From the NCBI GenBank assembly GCA_026401075.1, contig JAPLNQ010000265.1, forward strand, positions 1-46,918: a stretch of 46,918 nucleotides of DNA. Direction: 5' to 3'. The DNA comes from Planctomycetia bacterium. Lineage in GTDB: Bacteria > Planctomycetota > Planctomycetia > Pirellulales > UBA1268. A model generated the notes under the pieces. The model saw nothing but the letters and a program-made list of their open reading frames with translations. It was not told the origin of the DNA and searched no databases. Positions 29,879 through 39,432 of the stretch are shown here, piece after piece; the stretch's first letter is position 1, and each line of letters begins with the position of its first letter. Both the position numbers and the translations under genes were made by a program.

Positions 29879-30866
29879 AACGCACGATTCAGGTGTATCT
29901 CGGAAACGCCGAGCGAGGCGTCGGCACGTTGCATCACGATGCCGTCAGCGCCCGGGCGCGATCCGCATTCACCTACTACGATGCCTGACTGAACGCTCCT
30001 GACCGGTTTCCGATCGAACCCGGGCTGCCACTGGTCTCCGGCCCGCAGTTCCGCGGGCCGGGTACGGGCTCCGTGTTCCATGCGGTTATCGCCGACACGG
30101 AACCCGATGGCTGGGCCAAGCGGGTGATCCTGCGTGATCATGCCAAGCGGCGGCAGGAGATGCGGCGGACGCTCGCCTTGTCGACAGTGACGGCCTGCCG
30201 GTAGCCCTGATCCGCCGCTTCGATCGCACCGGCGACCACAAACGCATGCTCTACGCGTCTGCAGCAACACTCGTCGGAGCCGACCCTGCCGACGGCCGGG
30301 AACATTTTTACACGGAGATCGTTGATGCCCTGCGGGTGCATGGAGCCGCCCCCCAAGCCGACAGCGAACAACTCTGGCGGAGGATGGTGTTTTCAATTCT
30401 GATCACCAACGTCGACGACCATCTACGCAACCACGGCTTCCTGCATGCGGATCGTGGACTCTGGAGGCTTGCACCGGCCTTCGACGTCAATCCGTTTCCT
30501 GACCGCGTGCGTGAACTGAAGACATGGCCTTCCGAGGACACCGGCCCAGGGGCGACGATCGACGCAAGCCTGTCCGTCTGCGGCTATTTCGGAATCGAGC
30601 CGCGACGTGCGCGGACGATCCTCGCCGAGGTCGAAGCCGCGGTTGGGCGATGGAGGAAAGAGGGGCAATCGCTCGGCATGACGGCCCGGGAACTTGATTC
30701 CTACGCCGATGCCTTCGAGCACCCGCAGCGCGAGGCCGCTCGGCGGGCGCTGGAACACGACCGAAGGGGGAAAAGAACGGGGGGGACAGAGGTCCGGACT
30801 CATTCCCAGACTGCCGCAGGCAGCACGGCCAAGTTGGGCAGCGTGCTTCGCAGAAACGATTCCTGA
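29875..30866 (+). pseudogene. hipA: HipA-family Ser/Thr kinase toxin, inactivated
   Basis: N-domain MKRTIQVYLG..VGTL..SAFTYYDA*LNAPDRFPIEPGLPL..IADTEPDGWAKRVI with in-frame TGA at 29986-29988. Frame change and missing central part at ~30160. C-part has LIRRFDR, NVDDHLRNHGFL and LAPAFDVNP. Confidence 0.85.
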
Positions 30867-30892
30867 CACCTTTTGCTCTGACACCTTTTGTT
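30863..30892. repeat. 15-bp tandem duplication (CTGACACCTTTTG[C/T]T) x2
   Basis: Read directly; contains the TGA ending the hipA frame; between convergent genes. Confidence 0.8.
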
Positions 30893-30895
30893 CGA

Positions 30896-31339
30896 TCACT
30901 TCTGCGGCGTGATGTCGAACGTGAACTCGTTCGGGCCGCTGGCCGTCACGTCGGCCCGGAGGGGTGATTCGTTCGGGCGGCCAAACTTCTCCGGCGTCAC
31001 CTGCACGTAGTCGAAGTAGGCGCCGGTCGCATTCGGATCCTTCTTGACATGCTTGCAGACGGTCACGATGTGCTGCCCGATCATGGCTCCGTCGTTGGTC
31101 TTGAACGTCGTGAGCGTGAAACGCCCTGCGGCGTCGGTCCTGCCGCTGGCCGGCCGGCCGCCCTTCGGCGTAAAGGCCACATCGGCCTCGGCGAGCGGCG
31201 AGCCCTTGAAGGTCACGGTGCCCTTCACCGGCATCGTCAGCGGAGCGCCTCGACCACAGCCGACGATCATGAGCAGAGCGAGCCCCAGCCTGGCCGAGGC
31301 CATCCGCAAGCGCGATCGTGACTGCCGAGGTTCACTCAT
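30896..31339 (-). CDS. DUF1559-associated lipoprotein (carboxypeptidase regulatory-like/Ig fold)
   Basis: LLMIVGC lipobox, PVKGTVTFKGSPL, ASGRTDAAGRFTLTT, GAMIGQHIVTV, PEKF..SPLRADV..NEFTFDI. Confidence 0.82.
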   Translation of the reverse strand: MSEPRQSRSRLRMASARLGLALLMIVGCGRGAPLTMPVKGTVTFKGSPLAEADVAFTPKGGRPASGRTDAAGRFTLTTFKTNDGAMIGQHIVTVCKHVKKDPNATGAYFDYVQVTPEKFGRPNESPLRADVTASGPNEFTFDITPQK

Positions 31340-31397
31340 AACAATTGCTGTTGAAGCCGAATTTCCTGGCTTAGACCTGGCAGGATCGCTCTCAGAG

Positions 31398-32468
31398 TCA
31401 CTGCTCAGTCGTGGCGTTCGCCCGGCCATCCCGACGGTCGCCGAGGGCCTGGTAGAGAACCATGTCGATCGTCTCGGTAAGGAACGTCACCGATCCGTCG
31501 CAGAGGGCGAAGGTGGCGCCGCCCGAGTGCTTTGATTTGAATCCCTGCGACGCCCCCCAACTGCCGGAATATGTGTTGCAGCCGGAGCCGGCACCGGGCT
31601 CACCCTCGCAGGTGTTGAAATTGATCGCGATCTGCGTGCCAGTGTAGTAGGCGTTGACGTGCACCCAGCCCTTGCGGAGGTGCCACTCGCACTGGGGCCG
31701 CACCTCGCCGAAGAGGAGTGTTTTGGAGGTGCCATCGGTGATCTCCCTGAGCTTCGCTGAATACCAGCGATGGCCGATCACGCCAGATGTGGTCGCTGCC
31801 TGGCCAGCATCGCCACGAGTGCTCGTAGCCCAGCCAAAATAATTGCCATGCGTGGCGCAGGGGCTGTTCGCCTGACTGCCGATGCTGCCCGAGTAGTTGG
31901 CAACGGCCCGCGTCTCGTTATTGTCGGCAACGAAGGTGCCCTTGTGATCGTCGGTCGGGCAGATCAGCTCTTTGAGCACGTAGGTGTAGAGTGCCTTGCC
32001 ACCGACGAGCTGATTCTCGATGTCCTGAGTTTCGGCCGTGAAATTCAGACCGCTGTAGAGATCGTTTCGCTCCATGAAGGGCAGCATGCACACGAGGAAA
32101 CTCCCCTTGTGCTTCGGGTCGTTGAAGTTCCAGGGATAGGGACTTGTCGATGGCGCCGCGGCGGTCTCGTTGCGGTTCCAGGGCAGCTTGCCGTTCGCAT
32201 CGACGTAGTTGAGGGCCGCCAGACCGAGCTGCTTGAGGTTGTTGCTACAGGTGCTGCGTCGGGCCGCTTCCCGGGCCGCCTGCACCGCCGGCAGGAGCAG
32301 CCCCACGAGCGTGCCGATGATCGCGATCACGACCAGGAGTTCCACAAGCGTGAACCCCGCACGCGGCTGCACGAGCCCCTGCGGACTCCCGCCGAGTGCT
32401 CTCGCCACACGCCCTCGCGACCGCGGCCATGAATAGAAGCAGGAGCATGAACTGGTGCTGGTGCGCAT
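31398..32468 (-). CDS. DUF1559 domain protein with prepilin-type N-terminal methylation motif
   Basis: GFTLVELLVVIAIIGTLVGLLLPAVQAAREAARRSTCSNNLKQLGLA, ITDGTSKT, SKHSGGATFALCDGSV (H-X9-DG). Start uncertain. Confidence 0.95.
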   Translation of the reverse strand: MRTSTSSCSCFYSWPRSRGRVARALGGSPQGLVQPRAGFTLVELLVVIAIIGTLVGLLLPAVQAAREAARRSTCSNNLKQLGLAALNYVDANGKLPWNRNETAAAPSTSPYPWNFNDPKHKGSFLVCMLPFMERNDLYSGLNFTAETQDIENQLVGGKALYTYVLKELICPTDDHKGTFVADNNETRAVANYSGSIGSQANSPCATHGNYFGWATSTRGDAGQAATTSGVIGHRWYSAKLREITDGTSKTLLFGEVRPQCEWHLRKGWVHVNAYYTGTQIAINFNTCEGEPGAGSGCNTYSGSWGASQGFKSKHSGGATFALCDGSVTFLTETIDMVLYQALGDRRDGRANATTEQ

Positions 32469-32622
32469 GATTCCGGTGCTCCGCAAAAAAATGACAGTCG
32501 ATCAGGATGCGTGGCCACGCCCCGCTGGCCGACGTCACCACCCTACCCTAGAGGGGAGTTTATTTAAAATGCCACCGGCCGCAAGGATCGTGATTTACGT
32601 GATCGCAACAATCTTTTACGTT

Positions 32623-32636
32623 TTGGAATATTCCAA
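32623..32636. promoter_or_regulatory. perfect 14-bp palindrome TTGGAATATTCCAA, candidate transcription-factor operator
   Basis: Self-complementary; in the AT-rich divergent intergenic region between the DUF1559 gene and the TA pair. Confidence 0.55.
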
Positions 32637-32738
32637 TCGCCGCAACGCACACCATGAACTTGACGTCACACGGATTCATTTGTACAGTAAGCATCGTCGG
32701 CGACCTTCAGTATCTTCGTCCCCCGCGGAACACCGCCC

Positions 32739-32948
32739 ATGATCAGAGGCGTAAAGTATCTCTATAACGAGCTCGGCGAGCGGACCGCCGTGCTGATCGA
32801 CCTGCGTCAGGGCCGTGGCCTGTGGGAAGACATTCTCGACGTGGCAACCGCACGGCTGCGGGAACATGAGCCGAGCGAGAACTGGGCCACGTTGCGAGGG
32901 AGGCTGGAAAAGACAGGGCGACTGAAGAAGGTCAAACGCCGTGCATGA
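32739..32948 (+). CDS. small putative antitoxin
   Basis: 69 aa (GVKYLYNELGERTAVLIDL..LWEDILD..REHEP), overlapping a RelE/ParE toxin gene by 8 nt. Confidence 0.7.
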   Translation: MIRGVKYLYNELGERTAVLIDLRQGRGLWEDILDVATARLREHEPSENWATLRGRLEKTGRLKKVKRRA

Positions 32949-33201
32949 GGTGCGGGTCGGCCGGTCTGCCACCAAGGAACTGGAAGGGCTGCCGCAGCAG
33001 GTCCTGACGAGGATCGCCAACAAAATTGACGGCCTTGCAACAGATCCGCGTCCTTCCGGTGCGAGAAAACTCCGCGGAGCCGACGATCTGTGGCGGGTTC
33101 GTGTAGGAGATTACCGCATCGTATACGCGGTGGACGATGACGCCGCCACTGTCGAAATCAGGGTCATCCGACATCGGAAGGATGCTTATGGCCCTTCCTA
33201 G
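32941..33201 (+). CDS. RelE/ParE family toxin
   Basis: SATKELEGLP..RIANKIDGLATDPRPSGARKLRG..WRVRVGDYRIVYAVDD..IRHRKDAY. Confidence 0.92.
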   Translation: MHEVRVGRSATKELEGLPQQVLTRIANKIDGLATDPRPSGARKLRGADDLWRVRVGDYRIVYAVDDDAATVEIRVIRHRKDAYGPS

Positions 33202-33231
33202 TCTCCGAGAAAAAAGTCTCCGAGAAAAAAG
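33200..33231. repeat. 15-bp tandem duplication (AGTCTCCGAGAAAAA) x2
   Basis: Read directly; begins within the toxin TAG stop; between convergent genes. Confidence 0.8.
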
Positions 33232-33289
33232 AAGCTTTGGAGACCGGACCGTTCAGTCGTGAGACCGCCTTTTTCTCCGGCGTGGCCCG

Positions 33290-35260
33290 CTACCGCACAC
33301 GCACCCGCATCGGCAGCATCATCAGCGGCCGGCCCGACGAGAGCTGCACGAGCGCATCGGCCTCGGCGGCCAGCCCTTCGAGCCCAGGCACGCCGGTCAT
33401 TCGGGCCAGCAACGCCGCCCGCAGGAGGGCTTCGCGGGCGAAGCTCGAGCCTGAGGCATTCCCAGCGCCGGCAAGCCGCGCCACCGGGGCCGCATCGCCG
33501 GCCATGCCGAAGAGATCGTCGAAGAGCCCACGCGGCTCAGGCAGCAGCACCCGCTCGATCGCCTCGTCTGCGCCGATCCCCGCCAGCTTCTTCGCCTCGT
33601 CGATGGCGTCGTCGAGCGTGCCCAGCCGGTCAACGAGCCCGAGGTCCTTCGCCATCCGGCCGGTGAAGACCCGGCCCTCGGCGAGTTTGCCAATGGTTTC
33701 CATGTCGAGCTTGCGGCCAGCGGCCACTTTCGACGTGAACAGCCGGTAGACGTCCTTCATCGTCGCCAGAAAAACCTCCCGCTCCTGCTCGGTGAACGGC
33801 GTCTGCATCGAGAGCCAGCCGGCATTGCGGCCCTTGGCCACGACGTCGGTATGCACGCCATATTTTTCTAGCGCCTTGCCGACGGCGATCTTGCCGCCGA
33901 CTACGCCGATCGATCCGGTGAGCGTGCCCGGGGCCGCCACGATCTTGTCGGCCGCCACCGCCACGTAGTAGCCGCCGCTGGCCGCGACGTCGGAGAGGCT
34001 CGCCACCACAGGCTTCGTGGTCCGCTCGGCCTCCCGCCAGATCAGGTCGCTGGCGAGTGCCGACCCGCCGGGAGAATCGATCCGCAGCACGATCGCAGCC
34101 ACCTTGTCGTCCTTCGCCGCATCGCGGATCGCCTTAATGACGCTGTCGGATCCGGCCGAGCCTCCGCCGAGTAGCTCGTCCTTGCCCTTCCCTTCCTTGA
34201 TCTCCCCTGTGAGATAGATGATGGCGATCTGCTTGTCCTTCCCAGCGGCCGCAGTCTGCTTCTGGCCCGACAGCAGTTCGACGAGCTTCACAAGCCCACC
34301 GATGCCGGAGAAGTCGTTGTCCATTTTCTGTTCGGCATAGTCGCGGGAGATCTTCGGTTCGTCGAGCTTGAGCCGACCAGCCAGGCCGCTGATCACCTCG
34401 TCCTCATAGGCCACGGCATCGATGAGCTTCGCCTTGAGGGCCATCTCCGGCGTGAACACACCGGTGTCGATCAGCGTGCGAACCTCATCCGCGGGCAGCT
34501 TCCGATCGGCGGCGATCCGCTCCACGAGCTGCTCGTAGAGATCCCCGACGAACTGCTCATATTGAGCGCGGAGCTGCGGGCTCATGCTCGTCCGTGTGAG
34601 CGGCTCACCCGCCCCCTTGAACTCGCCGACCTGGAGGATCTCGGCATTGATGTCGAGCTTGTCGAGCATCGCCTTGAAGAAGGTCACCTCCGTCCGCACG
34701 CCCGTGATCTCGAGCGTGGCTGCCGGCGGCATCGCCACCGTGTCGCAGGCCGACGCCACGATGTAGTGCACTGGGTCCGCGCCGATAAGGTGTGCGGCCA
34801 CCGGTTTGCCGGCCTTGCGGATTCGGCCGATCGCCGCCCGCAGTTCCTCGGCCCGCCCGCGACCGATGGCCGGCGATTCGATCGACAGCACCACCCCCTT
34901 CACCCGCGTGTCGGTGGCCGCCTTGTCGAGCCGCTCGATGAGGCGGTGCAGGTGCGGCGACACATCAGCCAAGAGCCCGCCCTGGCCGACGCCGTCGGGG
35001 ATCGATCCCGCCAGCGTGATTTGGGCGATCACCGGCGACTTCTTCTTTGCCTGCTTCTCAGTGGCCTTGGCGTCTTTGGCGTCTTTGTCGGCCGACTTGC
35101 CCGCCTGGCCCGCTGGTTCGGCGGTCGCCGTCTGCCCGTGGACGGTCGCCGGATGCAGCGCGGCCGTAGCCAGCAGCAGGACCGTCAGACAGCCAGCACT
35201 GGAAATACAGGCACGGCGGACCGCTCCGATAAGTCCCGAAAGGACGAAAAAGTGATGCAT
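33290..35260 (-). CDS. sppA: signal peptide peptidase SppA, long two-domain type
   Basis: GEFKGAGE (Lys), LRIDSPGGSALAS, VAASGGYY (Ser), TLTGSIGV, AEGRVFTG..GLVDRLGTLDDAI. Start ~35260. Confidence 0.92.
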   Translation of the reverse strand: MHHFFVLSGLIGAVRRACISSAGCLTVLLLATAALHPATVHGQTATAEPAGQAGKSADKDAKDAKATEKQAKKKSPVIAQITLAGSIPDGVGQGGLLADVSPHLHRLIERLDKAATDTRVKGVVLSIESPAIGRGRAEELRAAIGRIRKAGKPVAAHLIGADPVHYIVASACDTVAMPPAATLEITGVRTEVTFFKAMLDKLDINAEILQVGEFKGAGEPLTRTSMSPQLRAQYEQFVGDLYEQLVERIAADRKLPADEVRTLIDTGVFTPEMALKAKLIDAVAYEDEVISGLAGRLKLDEPKISRDYAEQKMDNDFSGIGGLVKLVELLSGQKQTAAAGKDKQIAIIYLTGEIKEGKGKDELLGGGSAGSDSVIKAIRDAAKDDKVAAIVLRIDSPGGSALASDLIWREAERTTKPVVASLSDVAASGGYYVAVAADKIVAAPGTLTGSIGVVGGKIAVGKALEKYGVHTDVVAKGRNAGWLSMQTPFTEQEREVFLATMKDVYRLFTSKVAAGRKLDMETIGKLAEGRVFTGRMAKDLGLVDRLGTLDDAIDEAKKLAGIGADEAIERVLLPEPRGLFDDLFGMAGDAAPVARLAGAGNASGSSFAREALLRAALLARMTGVPGLEGLAAEADALVQLSSGRPLMMLPMRVRVR

Positions 35261-35390
35261 GGTGGTGCCACTCCCAAAAAGATTTACCAGAGGACTTGAA
35301 AATGAACGGCCGTATAGTAAGATACTGGCGTCCACAGCAGAAAACGACCGATCACTCCGTCGTGTCGCGAATCCCAACGGTCCCGCCGAT

Positions 35391-35452
35391 CATACACCGC
35401 CGCAAGACATACCACCGCACAATACACCACTTCCCGCACAATACACCACTCT
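35391..35452 (+). repeat. direct repeats upstream of lexA (CGCACAATACACCACT x2 plus degenerate ATACACC copies)
   Basis: Read directly, ~30-90 nt upstream of the lexA ATG. Confidence 0.6.
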
Positions 35453-35479
35453 AGGAAAGCGTCTCCACGCTCGACATAC

Positions 35480-36274
35480 ATGTCCAAAACCCTCGCCAGC
35501 AAAACCTCGTCGAAGAAGGCCTCTCCATCCCGCTCTGCTGCAGGCAAATCGGCTGGAAAGCGACCGGTCGCCTCGGCCGCAGCCCTGCGGAGCGTGGCCT
35601 CGCTCCAAAACAGCCTGCTGGGCAATAGCCTGCTTGGCAATAAGGTCTTGGGGCGAACCGTCGACACCGGCACCGAGGGTGACGACATACCGACCGAGCG
35701 GCAGATGGAAATCTATTCCTTCATTCGCGACAAGATCCACACCCGGGGCTACGGCCCCACGGTCCGTGAGATCGGCGCAGCCTTCAAGATCCGCTCACCC
35801 AACGGCGTGGTCTGCCATCTCAAGGCGCTCGAGCGCAAAGGGATGATCACCCGCGGCAAGAATATGTCGCGGGCGATCGAACTGGTCGCCGAACCGGCTC
35901 ATCTCAGGGGCCTGCCGCTGGCAGGCTGGGTGGCGGCCGGCACGCTGCGTCCGGCGGAGGAACAGAGCGAGCGGATCGACTTCGAAAGCCTGTTCAAGCG
36001 AGACAACCACTTCGTGCTCAAGGTGATGGGTGATTCGATGATCGACGCCCAGATTGCCGATGGCGACTGGGTGGTGATCCAGAAGAAGCAGACCGCACAT
36101 TCCGGCGACATCGTGGTGGCCCAGACGGAAGACGGAGAGGCGACGCTCAAGCAGTGGTTCCCGGAGCGCGACCGCATCCGGCTGCAGCCTGCGAATCCCT
36201 CGATGAAGCCGATCTATGTGAAAAACGCACGGGTGCTCGGCGTGCTCGTCGGCGTGGTCCGCAAGACGGGGTAG
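35480..36274 (+). CDS. lexA: SOS repressor LexA with N-terminal low-complexity extension
   Basis: TERQMEIYSFI..GYGPTVREIG..HLKALERKG wHTH, VAAG cleavage site, GDSM (Ser), EATLK (Lys), LQPAN. Confidence 0.95.
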   Translation: MSKTLASKTSSKKASPSRSAAGKSAGKRPVASAAALRSVASLQNSLLGNSLLGNKVLGRTVDTGTEGDDIPTERQMEIYSFIRDKIHTRGYGPTVREIGAAFKIRSPNGVVCHLKALERKGMITRGKNMSRAIELVAEPAHLRGLPLAGWVAAGTLRPAEEQSERIDFESLFKRDNHFVLKVMGDSMIDAQIADGDWVVIQKKQTAHSGDIVVAQTEDGEATLKQWFPERDRIRLQPANPSMKPIYVKNARVLGVLVGVVRKTG

Positions 36275-36280
36275 CCGGCG

Positions 36281-37726
36281 TCACGCCATCGGTGCCGCTT
36301 CCTGCAGTTGATGCAGTTTGTTGTAGAGCGTCTTGAGGCTGATGCCGAGTTCTTCGGCGGTCTTCGCCTTGTTGCCGTGGTTGCGTTCGAGTCCCTCGAG
36401 GATCGCTCGCATCTCCAGGTCGCGGAGACTCTCGGGCTTGCGTGGCGACGTGGTGGCGACAGGTACCGCAACTGCGTTGCCCGTGGCCTGGGCAGCCGTT
36501 CCGGCGACGGGCTTCGCGGAAGCTGCGGCCTGGGGAGGTGCGGCCCCGAGCCGCGTGGGCAGATGCTCGACCAAGAGCGGTAGTTCGTCGCAGAGCACCA
36601 GTGCGTGCTCAATCACGTTGGCCAATTCGCGGATGTTCCCCGGCCAGCGATGGTGGGCGAGCGCCTCAAATACCTCCGGCACGGTGACGGCGGCATCGGG
36701 CGGGGTCTGCGGCCTCGCCTTGTGCACAAAATGCCACACGAGTGCGGGTAGGTCGTCGATCCGCTCACGCAATGGTGGAATGGCGATCTCGAACGTGTTG
36801 ATGCGAAACAGCAGATCCTCACGAAACTCCCCGGCACCCACCATCTCCTCGAGGGAGCGGTGCGTGGCGCAGACGACCCGCACATCGACCGTGATCGGCT
36901 GGTTGTCGCCCACGCGGCGGATCTCGCCGCTTTCGAGCGCCCGCAGCAGCCGTGATTGCAACTGCCTGGGGAGTTCGCCGATCTCGTCCAGGAAGAGCGT
37001 GCCGCCGTCGGCCACCTCAAACAGCCCGGCCCGGTGCTCATCGGCACCGGTGAACGCACCCTTGCGATGGCCAAACAGCTCGCTCTCCACCAGGTGCTCC
37101 GGCAGCGCGCCGCAGTTGACCGCCACCAGTGGCCCCGTAGCCCGAGGGCTGCCTTCGTGGATCGCCCTGGCCACGAGTTCCTTGCCGGTGCCGGTCTCAC
37201 CTCGGATGAGCACGTTTGAGTCACTCGCCGCCACGCGGGCGACCAGCCGCCGCACCCGGTCGAGGCCGGGCGACGCGCCCACGAGCTGGCTCGTTCCCTC
37301 GGCCCGACGAACCCGGCGTTCAAGCGCCCGCAGTCGGCTCGTCAGCTCTCGCTTCTTTCGAACCCGCTCCAGGACAGCCTGGATCTCGGCCAGTTTGCAG
37401 GGCTTGGTGAGGTAGTCGAAGACTCCCTGACGGACCGCCGTCACCGCGCTCTCGAGCGACGACTTCCCGGTGATGATCACCGTCTCCGTGTCGGCCGACG
37501 TCTCCCGCACGCGTGCGATCACGTCCAACCCGCCCACACCGGGCATGTCGAGATCGACGATCACGCAGTCGTAGGCGGTGCGGTCGAGTGCGGCCAGCGC
37601 TGTGCGACCGTCGGGACAGACCGTCGCCTCGTGGCCCAGCCGTGGCAATTCGATCCGCATCAGTTCCTGGATCGAGGTCTCGTCGTCGGCAAACAGGATT
37701 CGCATCGGCCTGAAGTGCTGTTTCAT
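36281..37726 (-). CDS. sigma54-dependent response regulator (NtrC/AtoC type)
   Basis: REC (ILFADDE, DLDMP, KP), GETGTGKE, ESELFGH.KGAFTGA, LFLDEIGE, WPGNIREL, Fis-type HTH. Confidence 0.95.
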   Translation of the reverse strand: MKQHFRPMRILFADDETSIQELMRIELPRLGHEATVCPDGRTALAALDRTAYDCVIVDLDMPGVGGLDVIARVRETSADTETVIITGKSSLESAVTAVRQGVFDYLTKPCKLAEIQAVLERVRKKRELTSRLRALERRVRRAEGTSQLVGASPGLDRVRRLVARVAASDSNVLIRGETGTGKELVARAIHEGSPRATGPLVAVNCGALPEHLVESELFGHRKGAFTGADEHRAGLFEVADGGTLFLDEIGELPRQLQSRLLRALESGEIRRVGDNQPITVDVRVVCATHRSLEEMVGAGEFREDLLFRINTFEIAIPPLRERIDDLPALVWHFVHKARPQTPPDAAVTVPEVFEALAHHRWPGNIRELANVIEHALVLCDELPLLVEHLPTRLGAAPPQAAASAKPVAGTAAQATGNAVAVPVATTSPRKPESLRDLEMRAILEGLERNHGNKAKTAEELGISLKTLYNKLHQLQEAAPMA

Positions 37727-37746
37727 GGCAAACCTCCAAATGTGCG

Positions 37747-39432
37747 TTAGGCGGCATGGGCGTCTGGGGCAGGTCCCTGCGACACGGCGACATCGCCCAC
37801 GGCCGCCACTGGCAGCGTGACGCGAAACATCGAGCCCTGCCCTTCGCCGGCGCTCGCGGCCGCGATCCTGCCGCCATGGTCGGCGACGATGCGGTGGACG
37901 ATCGACAATCCGAGGCCCGTTCCCTGCCCCGAACGGCGACGGGTGAAGAACGGCTCAAAGAGATGCTCGAGAACCTCTTCCGTCATGCCACAGCCGTCGT
38001 CCGTGATCGTCAGCAGCGCCTCGCGACCGCTCCGTCGCACACCCACGCGCACATGCCCTGACTCATCGATCGAGTCGAGCGCATTGACAAGCAGGTTGAG
38101 GACCACCTGCTTGATCTCCTGCGGATTGACCATCACCAACACGTCCGGCCCCTCGTCGATCTCGATTGAGCGACCGGCAAACCGGCCGACATGCCGGAGC
38201 ATGTCGGCCACGTCGGCGACGAGCGCCATCATCGCTGTGGCCTGCCGTCGCACCTCGCCCAGCCGCGAAAAGTCGAGGAGCTTCTCGGTGATACCCTTGC
38301 AGCGAAAGGCCTCGGTCTGGATGAGTTCGAGGTAGCGTTTCACGATCTGCGCATCGGCGTCGTCCGGGGCCAGCCCTTCCAGCCGGCTCTCCAGCGACTC
38401 GGCGCACATGGCGATCGATGCCAGCGGATTGTTGATCTCGTGGGCGACGCCGGCCGCCAAAAATCCGACGCTCGCCAGCTGTTCGCTCCGGATCACCTCG
38501 CGGGTGCGGAACTGCACCTGGCGGTCGAGGTCGTCGCGAATTTCCTCGAACCGCTCCGTCATGTCGTTGAGCGCGGCGGCCAGTTCAGCCATCTCGTCGC
38601 TGGAGTCGAGTTTGAGCCGGAAAGCGAAATCGCCCGCCGCCACGCGGCGTGAGCCGTTGCCGAGCAGCCGCAACGGCCGAAACACCCACCGATAGCTGAG
38701 CGTGCCAAGCGCCGCCAGGAGCGCTGCGGCCGCCAGGGCCGAGGCCCATGTGGTGACGATCAACGTGCGATAGCCGCTGCGAACCTCGTGCGAAAGGTCG
38801 TGGAGACGCTCCTGCAGAAACGTGGGCAACTCGGCTGAGAGCGATGCCAGCTTGTCGAGATGCGGCCCGCTGTCGAGCAACCGGCCCCGCTGCCACGGCA
38901 CGCTGCTCTCGTCCTCTGCCTCGTCGCCCACCGCCGGCGGTGCCGGCGCGACGATCGTATCGATCGTGTCGAGGCAGGTCGCGATTGCGGCGGCCGTTTC
39001 ACGCTCGCGGCTCCGATCGCCGAAGGGGAACGGCATGTTGTCCAGCTCGCCCTCAGCCAACTCTTCACAGTAGCGGTCAAGCGACCAGCGGGCATGGGCG
39101 ATCTGACCGGTGAACGTATCAGCGAACACAGGCTCTTCTTCGTCCTCGGCATCGTCCTCATCATCGGCTGGTGGTGGGGGAAGCGGCTCGCCAATCAGCC
39201 CAAACTCAGCCTCACCCGAAAGCGCCCGGGCGTGAGCCAGCCGCAGACTGCCAACGCTGGCGTTCAAGTCGCTGGCGCGGGGCAGTTCAGCCGCCCGGCA
39301 ACTCAGCGATCGCACCAGCCGCCGATAGGAATAGACACCGAGAAAGCTGCTGGCCGACAGCACGGCAACCATGATGCCGACGAGCGCACCGCCGAGCAGC
39401 AGCTTGTTGCGAATGGGGCGTCGCTTGATCAC
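37747..39432 (-). CDS. membrane sensor histidine kinase (HAMP-HisKA-HATPase)
   Basis: Two TM segments, HAMP, LAAGVAHEINNPL, QVVLNLLVNALD, DDGCGM, FEPFFT, GTGLGL. Likely start GTG 39432. Confidence 0.92.
   Translation of the reverse strand: MIKRRPIRNKLLLGGALVGIMVAVLSASSFLGVYSYRRLVRSLSCRAAELPRASDLNASVGSLRLAHARALSGEAEFGLIGEPLPPPPADDEDDAEDEEEPVFADTFTGQIAHARWSLDRYCEELAEGELDNMPFPFGDRSRERETAAAIATCLDTIDTIVAPAPPAVGDEAEDESSVPWQRGRLLDSGPHLDKLASLSAELPTFLQERLHDLSHEVRSGYRTLIVTTWASALAAAALLAALGTLSYRWVFRPLRLLGNGSRRVAAGDFAFRLKLDSSDEMAELAAALNDMTERFEEIRDDLDRQVQFRTREVIRSEQLASVGFLAAGVAHEINNPLASIAMCAESLESRLEGLAPDDADAQIVKRYLELIQTEAFRCKGITEKLLDFSRLGEVRRQATAMMALVADVADMLRHVGRFAGRSIEIDEGPDVLVMVNPQEIKQVVLNLLVNALDSIDESGHVRVGVRRSGREALLTITDDGCGMTEEVLEHLFEPFFTRRRSGQGTGLGLSIVHRIVADHGGRIAAASAGEGQGSMFRVTLPVAAVGDVAVSQGPAPDAHAA

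Noticed and set aside
29986-29988. TGA recoding (Trp/Sec) or an alternative genetic code in hipA
   Set aside because: TGA terminates many intact genes here (rpsL, fba, kdsD), and hipA has a second, independent lesion.
32455-32742. 95-aa + strand ORF upstream of the antitoxin
   Set aside because: Spans an AT-rich promoter-like region with atypical codon usage and no motifs.
28265-33289. Prophage, integron or IS element
   Set aside because: No integrase, transposase, phage gene, att-like flanking repeat or attC array was identified.
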